Assembly (NCBI RefSeq): GCF_964188315.1
Contig: NC_135673.1
Coordinates: 46,500,001-46,564,000, forward strand
From: Podarcis muralis
Taxonomy: Eukaryota
Direction of reading: 5' to 3'
DNA: 64,000 bases
Under the pieces are notes generated by a model that searched no databases, was not told the origin of the DNA, and saw only the letters and a program-made list of their open reading frames with translations. A program made the translations under genes and the position numbers. Each line of letters starts with the position of its first letter. The first letter of the stretch is position 1. This document shows, one piece after another, positions 23,877-34,900 of this stretch.

Positions 23877-25022
23877 AATGAGAGGAAAATAATACAAAAC
23901 GAACAACCAGTGCTTATACACGTACAAGTTACCAATTGCTTTTATGTGAAATTATTAATACATAGGCAGTGGGTTTAACTGCAGGTTGGAAAGCTAGCGG
24001 TAATACTTGTAGGTATTAGACAAGCATGAAAATGGCTGCACACTTCTTGTATATGACCACAGCCAAATAGAAACTGATGAGGAATGTCAGGGAGCATCCA
24101 TCACTTTTACCGTTCTTCCCCAAGGAAAAGGACCTCAATCGAGTCTCCTTTTTAAAAGAGAGAGAGAGAGATTCCTGTGTATAACTAGGGTCAACGGGCT
24201 GTGTGTGGCTTCCTTTCCTACTGTCCTGACGGGTTGTGCCTGTTCTTGGAAAAGTGATGGGGCTGGGCTGGGGGGGTGTCGGAGTTCCTAGCCAGAAGTC
24301 CCACGGTATACTGTCAGTGCGACAGCCTTAGATAGCTTCAGCTGCATGTACACCATACATTTAATGTGTATGGCTTCTTCCAAAGAATATTGGGAACTGT
24401 AGTTTGTCAAGGATGCTGGGCTTTGTAGCTCTTTGCACGGTTGCCTGCAGATCCTAGGATTGGTTTTTTTTTGGGGGGTGGGGGAGCAAAGGTGCTTTAA
24501 ATGTGTGGTGTGTATGCAGCCTTCCTAATTGCTCACTTCACTCCTCTCCTGCTGGGTGGGCGCATGGCTGGTTCTAGGAAGGTGCCTGCACCTACCTAGC
24601 AATTGCCCCGTGTTGTTGTGGGTGGGGGCACACACTCTCCTAGCAGGCCAGTGCTCTAAAGCAGGCAACACCAGTCAGGGCTGGATATTCAGCTGACCTG
24701 ACCAAGTGAGGTAGTTACCACGGTATTAAGGACGTCCACCCCACCACAAGGGAGACCTACAGTGCAAAATGAAGAAGGCAGAGAAGCAGCCATGTCCTTT
24801 CCCCACTTAACTGATGTGAATGATGCACAAGAGTGCCCCTTGCATCTATAGGGCTTTGTTGAGAAATGGAATTCAGAACTTAAGGGGTGTTCACTGTAAA
24901 CACGACTAGGGGCATTTTCACAGACACTAAAATTGGTTCTTGCCCCCACCCAGCTGCATTGCCTGCACCCATAATTCAAATGCACCTCCTTTGTTTGGTT
25001 TGGGCTGGAAATGCACAACCTA

Positions 25023-25372
25023 CAGTGAGGGGGGAAAGTATTTGATCCCCTGCTAAATTTGCCCGTTTGCCCTCTGATGAAGAAATGACCAGTCCATAAT
25101 TTTAATGGTGGGTTTATTGAAGCTGGGAGAGACAGGGTTTTGCCAACAAGTACTAAGTCATCTTTTGCAAAGGGATCAAATACTTAATTTCACTCAGTAT
25201 AATGCACATCAATCTCTGACTTCTGTCTTCTGGTTTCTGGGGGTTTACCTGTTGTTATTCTGTCTCTCACAGCTACAGTAAACCTACCATTAAAATTATG
25301 GACAGGTCATTTCTTCATCAGAGGGCAAACGGCCAAATTTAGCAGGGGAGCAAATACTTTCCCCCTTCACTG
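25023..25372. mobile_element. Tc1/mariner-type non-autonomous element (350 bp) with ~113-bp TIRs
   Basis: TA|CAGTGAGGGGGGAAAGTATTTGATCCCCTGCTAAATTTG... (25023-25135) is the near-perfect reverse complement of 25260-25372. The left TA is present; the right flank reads AG. Confidence 0.88.
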
Positions 25373-26199
25373 AGCTTAGAGCTCCTTGCGGGGAAAGGTG
25401 GGGCACAATAAATGCATCAATAAATGCATCAATAAATGAATTAATAGTTTCAATTTTCTGGAAAACATCATGTCTCAAGGAGTGTGTGTGGACAATTCCT
25501 TGGGGGAGTCGTGGGTGGCAGGATACGATTGATATAAGAGACAAACCCCAGATGAAGGTAGTATGGGATTGAGATGAGACTTTTGAGGGGAGAGAGGCTT
25601 TTGTAGCCGAGAGGGAAATGGGGTGTGGGAGGGTGTGGGTTTTTTGTGTGTATGTTTTTGCACGTCTCTATCCTGGTATATGAAGCGGGGCCGGATTTCT
25701 CAGGACCGTGAGGTGGGGGGGGGGGGAGTGGGAATCAAAAATATACGCAAAGCAGAGCATGTTCCGAAGGGGCACGGACCGAATGCGCGTGGGGCATCCG
25801 TGGGGAGGAGGTAAGGATAACGCGGAGTTGGGGCTCCTGTCTTTTTGTTCCGGGGAAAGGGGGACCTGGTCTTGCTAGGTGCGCCCTCCCCTACACATCT
25901 GGGGTTGTTAGAGGGGGCATTTATGCAGGGGAGAAATATTGTGAACTTGGGGATCCTGGATCGTGCCTTTGGGTGGGTGGGGGTCTGGCTCCGCAGTGTT
26001 CCACCATGGGGCAGAGACCACCCCCAGGAGGGGAAATAAGAGGAACCTCCAGGGGAGGGCGCTCAGAGATACGGTCCGGATGGGGGGCGTTGCAAGGGGG
26101 CGGGCCCTTCCCTAAGGCGGGCGGGAGGATAAAAGGTGGAGGGGTCCTCTGGCGCCGGCTCCCCAGCACCCGTCCCTCCCTCCGTCCGTCCCGGAGGCG

Positions 26200-26320
26200 G
26201 TGCCCGTGCCTGCCCCACCCTGGACGCGCGCTCGCTCTCTCCGTCACTCGCCTCCCCGGGAGACGCTGCGGCGGGGCTGCTGGTGGCGAGCGGGGAGCCG
26301 CGCAACCTGCGGGAGAAGAG
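26200..26320 (+). other. ZMYM3: Candidate non-coding first exon 1a of ZMYM3
   Basis: Consensus donor GAG|GTGAGG at 26320/26321 inside the CpG island. The start is approximate. Confidence 0.5.
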
Positions 26321-26879
26321 GTGAGGGGGCGCCGGAGGACCCCGGAGGTGTTTGATGCGGCGGGTAGGAAGAAGGAAGAGGAGATTCAACAGGGGCAGCC
26401 CCACTTTCATGTGTGTGTGTCTGGTGGGGTGGGGTGGGGGGTGGCGGTGCTTGGGGAGGGGGCGATCTCTTTCCTCGCGACCCCTCCTTGGATTTCGGAG
26501 GTAACCGTTGTGCTTGTTGTCGTTGCTCGAGATGGGGGAGGCCGGAGGGACCCCTTCCCGTACCTTCCCTCCCCGACCCCCCAACCCGCACCAACCCCCG
26601 GCGCCGTTCCGCGTTTCTGCCGTTCCGCGTTTTCCATCTCGCCCCCCCGCTCCGGGCAGCCGTGTAACTCCGCGCCGGGTTTTGCGCGCCGCCAGGCCGG
26701 TCTCGCGAGCCCGGAGCCCCGCGCGGCCAATCGGGGCGCGGGGCCCAAGCGCCGGCGGCCAATCGGGGCGCCGCCCTGGCTCGCGCCGCGGCCAATCGCA
26801 GGCCTCCCCGGACCGTCCCCCCTCGCTCGGGCTGCGGCGCGCTGAGGGCTCCGAGCGGCGCCTCCATTTAAAGGGGCCG

Positions 26880-26999
26880 CAGCAGCCACCCGAACCTTGG
26901 GCGGGCTCCGAGTTAAAGGCAGGGCTGGCGGGCAGAGAGAGGGAGGGGAGCTCGGGGAGGCCGGCGGCGGCGAAGCTCGGGTCGGGGAAGCTGCGGCAG
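26880..26999 (+). other. ZMYM3: Candidate non-coding first exon 1b of ZMYM3
   Basis: Consensus donor CAG|GTGAGG at 26999/27000, downstream of the CCAAT cluster. The start is approximate. Confidence 0.6.
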
Positions 27000-29669
27000 G
27001 TGAGGGGGCGCCGGGCGGGGCGTGGGGGAGGGGGCGGCCATCGTGGGCTGGGGGAGGGGCGGCGGCGCGGGACCTCGTGACAAGGGGCGGGGCCTGGCTT
27101 GGTTAGGGGGGCCCGAACCCGCACTGGTGGGCGGGGCCTGTAGCGATTGGGCCGCGTCACGGGGTGGGATCCTGCAGGTACTTGCTGTTCATGGGAAGGA
27201 GCCAGGCCAAGTCTCACCTGGAGCCCTTGGAGGGAAAGGGAAAGCGAGGGAAGAGGGCACTAAAAGGAGGCGGGCCTGGGATTGGCCAGGCCTGCAGTGG
27301 TGAGGTCAGGATCCTGCAGGTACTTACTGGGCAAAGGGGAGGAGGTTGTGGTCGAAGCTGGTGGCAATCCTGGCCAAGTGTCTCCAGGGGTGGGTGGGAG
27401 GGTAGCCTAAGATCTGTGCAACAAGGCAGGTCCGGGATGCACCGAAAGGGTGGGATTCTGCGGGCACTTGCTCAAGGAGAGGAGCTTACTTGTGGGTAAG
27501 GCCATCAGGTTGCAGCAGCAGGCCCAGATGTGCTTGGCATGCCACTAGAGTGTGCCGTGAAATGCAGCGGTGGTATGCTTGTTAGGCTGCCTGTGAAGAT
27601 GGGTAGGAAACTTCAGCTGGTGCAAAATTCAGCAGTGACACGAGAACGGGCCTTTTGTGTGGTGGCTCCCTGATTATGGAATGCTCTCCCCAGGAAAACT
27701 TGCCTGGCACCTTCCTTACATATCTTTAGGTGCCAGGCAAAAGTGCTCCTCTTCTCCCAAGCTTTTGGCTAATTAAACAATCTATGGCTTTTAAAATGTG
27801 TTTGTTGGAAGGGGTATTGGTTTGCTTTATTTTATTGTGCATTTTGTGTTGTCATTTTTTATTTTATGTTGTGAAAAGCTATGTGATCTTTGGACGAAGG
27901 GCAGTACACAGATTTAATAAATAGTGATAATCATCATGAGGGATTCTGCAGGTACTCGCCTTGCAAGGAGAGTTCTACTGTTAGCAGGGATGGACTACAA
28001 GCTCAGTTCAGAGAATTGTAGACTTTGAGGTAGTTTTGTAGGCCACAGGGTAGCCGTTTTCCTGTCTAAGCCAACATTGGGGAATCTGTGCCCCTCCAAA
28101 TGTTGTTGACGGCAACTTACATGTGCCCCTGACAGCATATCCAGTGGTCAGGGACTTGTAGTCAAAAAATATCTGAGGAGTCATGTTGGCAACCTCAATT
28201 GTAGGCCCACCTATCTTAGCCTATTGCTCAAATTGGGGAAACCCTGGTCAGATCTCACCTGATATTTAGAGGACAGGATAGTGGTTTGCTCTGGGATGTA
28301 TTTACACTAGGGAATAGTCATTCATGTCTTTGCTGTGAAGGGGAGGAGCAAAACCCCTGAACTGGGACCAGTTCAAGCTATAGTAGCTGATTGGCTTAAA
28401 CCAAGGTATCTGGAAAGGACCATAGATTGCAGGTTTGGGTGTTGAACTGTACTAGGAGAAAGGATCCTGTAGGCACTTGTAGAAAACAGAGGCAGTAATT
28501 GGATTGAGCTGCACCAAGTCTGAAGGAGAGAGAATGGCTTAGAAGGTTTGGGGGGCAGCGGGGGGGGGGGGGGAAGAATCTTGGAGGTCTGAGCTGGGAC
28601 AAGGCAAGCATGACTAAGTTGTACTTGTGGAGGGAGGGGAGCTGGTCTGCAGAAAGGCAGATTTGGTTTGAGCTTGGAAAACATCAAATAGCATGCAGAT
28701 ATTTGCAGAGGAAAGGGGGAGTGATGGCTTGAACTGGACTAGTTTTTGTTTTGTCTAACATCAAACGCTGGATTGTGCTGTGAGGAGTGACCAAGGCTTG
28801 TGGGAGGTGTATGTCCCACAGCCCTTATCCTTGGGAAGAGCTTTTTTCAGTAGACAACATGCTTAGGTTTAGAGTAACCAAGGAAGGAATCCAACATGAA
28901 ATTGTTGAAGATTAAAGAGCAAATGGCTTCAGCTCTGTTAGCTGTTTTTATCGTACCACTGAAATACTGCTGCTTTGAACTTCTCTGAGATGCCTGTCTG
29001 AGGGAGAGCAGTTATTTTGAGTTCTTATGAGCAGGATGCAATCTAAACATTAAAAAGATGAGTTGCTTCCCTAAAACCCAGGGGTCTTGTTCTGGTGCAG
29101 ATTCTCTACAGCTTCCAACCCATTGGGTTTAATCCTGGCTCTGTGTGTAGGTTCACCAGCCAAATAGGAAGCCTGTAGAATGTGTGGCTTGGTTATTGCA
29201 TTTGGTCTTTTGTCCTCCCCACTGCCCCTCCAACTAAATGATTGGCAGCACCTGGCTTGATGTCAGCATTCAAAGTCCCAATGACCGAATATCAAATTGG
29301 ACTGTTGATTGGATTGGACCAAGGAACCTCTCTGCACCCTGCATTCTGATGTGGGTTCAAAGCTAGCGAAAGGCAAGAACTGTACATTAACACCCATTCT
29401 CTGCTCCAATGTTGGGATGGGACTTTTGTAATATTAGCTGTTCTACTTGATTTGGAGAATTAAACTGTGGCGTGGAAAGGTTCCAAAGGAGTTGCAGACA
29501 GAGGGAGAGGAGGTTTTGCTTGTGATGTATGCAGAAATAAGAAGCGTGGAAAAGCTGTTATATGTCCCCATGGGGGGAAGTAGTAGTGACTTGTGTTATT
29601 AGCCCATAGAGTGGGCTAGAAGACTGTGGTGGGTCCCTTCCTGACAGGGGTTAGAGCAAACAGTGAGGG

Positions 29670-29671
<2 letters not shown>

Positions 29672-29707
<36 letters not shown>
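29672..29707 (+). repeat. (GT)n microsatellite
   Basis: Read directly from the sequence. Confidence 0.95.
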
Positions 29708-29709
<2 letters not shown>

Positions 29710-31906
29710 CTCTGTGTAGAGCAATTATTAAGAGACATACATTTTCTCAAAGGATGGAATCTTGTTCCTAGGAGGTTTAAAAAGACTTGAGACCACTGAA
29801 TGCAGAGTTTCAGAAAATCTGACTAGGTGACCTTTGGGTCCCTTTTGTGTCTGTATATCAGCCATTCTTGCAATGCACTTAGTGCTCCTTGTGTGAGAGG
29901 CCCCTAGCTGAGAGAAAGAGGGGGGGGGGAATTCTCTTGCTACAATCTCCCACCATTCCCAGCCTCTTTACTTTCCTCCTAAAAGGGACATTTGCTTTTT
30001 TCCTAGATCAACACATAGCTTGTGTTTCACAGACTGTTCCTGGAAATAGATGCCCTGCAAACCTGTGTGTCCTCAACATCACCTGGCACACGCTGTTGGC
30101 TTGTTGTCTCAGAAGTGGCTTTGCTTTTTCCTTGTGGCTGGGTTTCCAGGGTGGGCCTCCGTGAGCAAGCCCAGAGAATTGCTAAGTGGGGCCACTTGAG
30201 TTGTATACTGACTGAGCAGGAGGCAGATCCACAGGAAGTTGTTTGTCTGTCTAGGACTTCAGAGCCTTCCCTAGGTTCAGATAGTCCACCTGTTCCCAGA
30301 CTAAGGAATAGCTGGTGTTGTAATTGCTCAAAACAGAGATCTTCACTTGGAGAAAGCTCATAAGGTCTGCTGCAGATTCAGTACATGTAATATATTGATA
30401 ACCCAGGCAACCTCTGTAAGGAAAATGCACCCGTTTTACAGATAGGGGAACTGCCCATTGCAGGTTGATCTTCAGTATAGTCACTGCCAACATGTTGTTT
30501 TCAGTGTCCTTTATAAAGCCGGCAGGTGTCCCCTCAGGATAGAACTTGCATATCTGCTAGTCCGGGCTTAGCCAACATCTTTTTGGACAGCTGCCCCAGC
30601 ATCCCTGACCATTGGTCATGCTGGCTGGGGCTGAAGGGAGTTGGAATCCAACAACAACTGGAGGGTCTCATATTGCCTGCCCCTGTTCTAGCTCATAGCT
30701 GATGTACCCACAGTGCTGTTCAAAGGAAACCAGGGTTAACTGAAAGGCGATGGGAGAGGTAGGAGCTTCCGATTTCTTGCAGATGTTTGCTTGCTAAAGA
30801 GCCTTTGTTAATTGTCCAAAGAAGCATTTGGGCTTTTTTATTTTTTCCTGAGTCCTACTAACACAGGTGCTGATTGGTTCACATCCAGCTCTGAAGTCTT
30901 CCATGAGGCTGTGGCTACCTTGCCTTTTTCAGATTTACATATTCGGATTTGTAGCCTTGTCTCTCCTATGCCTCAGAGGTAGCAACAGGATTTAGAAACA
31001 AGCAATCAAAATGCTTAATTGGATAGCTGCTGCTTCTTTTTTGACCCAGTCATTAGAAGTCCAGTGTTCCTGATCACCAAAAACCAAACCCAGATTTCTG
31101 TGAAAAAGGCTTTCTCAGGCGTGGGTTGCTGTAAAGCTGAAGAAGAATTCGGTCTGGGAGGAACAGCTTTTGCAAGGGCCCCTCTCTGCCTGGCTTAGCT
31201 GTGTAGAATTGTCTGGTGGTAACACTAAGGGGCTATTCTAGACTAACTGGATCCTAATGGTGCCTATCATCCTGAGAGCACCTTGCGTACTTGGAATGTG
31301 TATTGTCTGCTGATCTTTTTAATAAACGGAGCAAGTGACAGGTGCTGGTGGAAAAACATGACACTTCACTGAGACTTCAGGGTTGGTGTGGGGTAAGGTC
31401 AGGGACACAATTTCAAATTACAGTATACCTACTCATCACCTGATTCCTTCTTATTTTTTAAGATCTCCTCCAGCCAATAACTTTTGTGCGAACATAAATT
31501 TTCTGAACCCTGACTAGTTCAGAATTGAACTGAGTGTGAAAAGGCCTAGGTTGGTGTGGGGGGGGGGTTTAAGGATTATGTGTCTACTTCTCACAATGCT
31601 TAAAAGATCTTCTGTCTTCTGGACCACTTCCAACGGATTCCCAGTATTTGCCATGAATGAATCAGTTGAATTTGAAGTTAGAATTTTTTGGTTTGTGTTA
31701 GTTCTGGTTCACGAGGGGAGGCACCCTTCTGAGCCAGTTTTGGGGTCTGATTCAGTTTGGCTCCTTGTTGCTGGCAGCTGATCTCCAAGGCCTCGCACGG
31801 TTAGCTGCTCAGAAGAGCTACATCCCTTATATTCCCATATGTGCTTAAACTTGCTAACATTCTATAATCTCCCCTTTCTGCCTCCTTGTTTTAAGCCTTT
31901 TTCTGA

Positions 31907-34900
31907 ATGGAGTCGAATGAATTTCCTGGCTCCTTGGGGCCAATGTCACTGCCTGATAAGCCACTGATTGGAGACCTTCCTGCAGACATGGAGTATGGAG
32001 AGGATCTGCTAGCATCCCAAACAGCCTCCATCCCACAGGCTTCAGCTCAGCAGCCCCAAGAGATGGAGTGGGAAGCACCTAAGCAAGCAACTTCAGATGC
32101 AGACCTGGACCCGGGCTTGGTGAAAACAGCCGGATTGTCTGATCTGAGCAAATCCAACAGTCTGACCCTCAGCAAGTCTGGTGCTCTAGATGTTACAGAG
32201 AAGCCCAGTCTTCTCGGTAGCTTGAGCAACAATGACAACCTGGTGGACCTGGATAAGTCTGAGGACCTGGACAACGTGTACAAGACACGAGGTTCTGCAG
32301 ATCCGGAGGATGGACCTAGGGATCCCCCTGTGCCAGGAACCGAAGCCCTTGTGCCAGAAGCATGGAAAGAAGCATCAGCATCGAAAGTAGACTTCAAAAG
32401 CACAAAGGATGATGGAGAGGAGAGTGCAGCCTCCCTTCCCGACAGCCATGTGGTGAAGTCGCCTGACGTGGTGGAGATGAGCAGCACTTCCTCCTCACAA
32501 GAACCAACAGAATATTCCGAGAACTCACCGAAAATTCCGCGGCCGGTTAAGAAAGCCCGATTGAAAGCCCCAAAGAAAAGTGCTCCAGTGCAGAAGGAGG
32601 AAGTGGCGACATCTACAGATGAGGGGAAGGAGCCTGTTCTCAACAGTACTCCAGCTCCTGAGCCCATGAAAGAGGGTGTGACTGAGGCTGAGAAAGACAG
32701 CAGTGTCAGCCAGAAGGACCCTGCTGAGCCCAAAGCACAAGAGGCTGAACAATCGCTCCAACCTCCAGGTGGGTAAGCAGGAAGGAGGGCTCTCCCTAGA
32801 GCATTGCCCCAGCCCCACTTTTGCTTCTGCTCTGAAGCCAAGCGTGGGGAGGGGTGCCAGGAGCTGCTCCCACTGTTCTTCTCTTGGGTAAAAAGCTGTT
32901 GCAACTCGTTTCTGTTTATAACTAGCCAAACCTAGAGAATGTGATACCTGGCCAATCAGGAGATACAAAAGAGTAAATAAAATCAACTATATATAATGTT
33001 GATTATTTTGTTGTTGCTGTATATAAATCTTTGCTTATCTAAATTAATGAAATTATGTTCATTTAGTACCTTTATTTATTCTTTTGCATCTTTTGTAAAT
33101 AGCCCCTGCTTTGACTTTGCTCGGCAAACAACAAATTAGAGGTTATGTTATGTTATGTTAATATTTTATTTATCATTTTCAACAAATTAGATGTCTGGCC
33201 ATTCTCCTGTTCCTTGCAAGATTATACGATTACAATTCACATTTATACTCCATTGTTCTCCTCCTTCATTTCATCCTCACAACAACGTGCCATAGTAATT
33301 TAGGCTGAGAGACTGTGACTGACTCCAAGGTCACCCAGCGTGCTTCATTGCTGAGTGGGGGATTTGAACCCTGGTCTCTCAGGTCCTAGTCCAACACTCA
33401 GACCACTACATCACACTGGCTCCTTTCCTTTCTTCCCCAGCTTCTTCCCCAGACAGAGCTAGAGAGCTTGGTCAGCTGTCTGAATGTTGCGCCAGTTGTA
33501 AAGGTGTTTCTACTCTCTCTTCCTCTCACCAGCCACACACACCCATAGATGGTTCATTGATAGCTTTCAAGCAGCATCTTAACTCAGTGATGTTTTCGGC
33601 ATTAGTTTGTTCCATTCCTGACCCTCGTTAGAGTGTAAGACCATAAGAAGATCAGGCCAATGTCCCATCTAGTCCAGCATAGTGAATCCAGAGTGGCCGA
33701 CCAGATGCTCTAATGGGAAGCCTGCAAGCTAGCCATGAGCACAAGAGCTCTACCCACCTGTGAGTCCCAGAAACTGGCATTCAGAAGCATAATGCCTCTG
33801 ACAGTAGCTGTAACAGCTAGTACTAATTGATAATAGAATCATAGAATGGTAGAGTTGGAAGGGATCTCAAGGGTCGTCTAGTCCAACTTCTAGTCTCAAC
33901 ATGCAGTTCCCCCATCCAATTTGAAACCATACTGGACCCTGCTTAGCTTTGCAGATGTGCGAGCAGTTTTCCTGCTGCACCACTGTTCTCCCTGAATTTG
34001 TCCAGTCCTCTTCTAAAGCCACCTAGACTGGCAGCCTCACAGACAGCTTTGAGGTCTCTCTTGTGTTTCTCTTGCAGGGGAAGACCCTGGCGCAAAAGGG
34101 AGCGAGAAGCCAGTTGTGAAGGTAAGGGAGGAGGCAGCTGAAGCAGCCGCCACCCGGTTGAGTGTTTGTCTTTCCACTAAGACCCTCCTAACACTTTCCT
34201 CGATCCCCGATTTTTGTTTTTTGTTTTTTTGGCGTGGGGGAAATTATTGACATGTTCTGTTCATTTCAGGCTTAAAGTTTCTTGCACTGTACGTTTCCTT
34301 CCTCCTCCTCCTCCTTTGTGAGTGGGTGTGCATCACTAAACCAGTGTCCCCCAACCTGGTGCTCTCCAGTTGTTTCGGAATGTGATGTTCTGGGCTTGGT
34401 CAACAACATCTGTATGGCAGCAGGTTGCAGGAAGTTGGTTTAGACTGTGGACCTGTGGGCAGGGGTTACTCTCAACCATACCTGCCATTCTTAGGTGGTC
34501 AGTAAACAATTTCAGAGATGGGGGTTTCCCTGGGCTGCTTGCCATTGTCTGTTTAGATGGTTCCTTGGTTTGTTCCAGGAGCAGAAGAGAAGCGAGCGTG
34601 CCAGGAGGGCGGAAGTGTCTCGGCCTGAAACAGTGAACTCCTCTGAGAGCAGTAAGTTACCTCCTTGACTGTAAGAGGACCATGCTTTACATATGCTTTA
34701 CGTATTATAAGAAGCTGTGTTATTCCTGGTTAGACCCTTTCTTCATCTAACCTGTTGTTATCTACTGTAATGGGCAGCAGCTCTCCAGAGTTCAGGCAGA
34801 AGAGGGTCTTGATCAACACTTGCTTGCCTGGAATATTTTAAAACTAGGCGTACTGGAGCTTTCTGCATTCAAAGTGAGCACTCTGCCACAGAGGTGTGGC

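Larger units (their letters stand above)
25600..27300 (+). promoter_or_regulatory. CpG island / ZMYM3 promoter(s)
   Basis: GC- and CpG-rich. Three CCAAT boxes (26727, 26759, 26792), TTTAAA at 26867-26872, and several GC boxes. Confidence 0.85.

Noticed and set aside
26934-26950. GA run in the ZMYM3 5' exon, where human has a long (GA)n
   Set aside because: Only about four GA units here, so it is not a repeat of note.
25921-27499. Many long overlapping Arg/Pro/Gly-rich ORFs (up to 384 aa)
   Set aside because: Expected from stop-codon scarcity in a CpG island; no domain signature. The same applies to 7112-8323.
32047-32904. 285-aa antisense ORF, and similar antisense ORFs over both connexins
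   Set aside because: Mirror frames of real coding exons with biased codon usage; no independent evidence.
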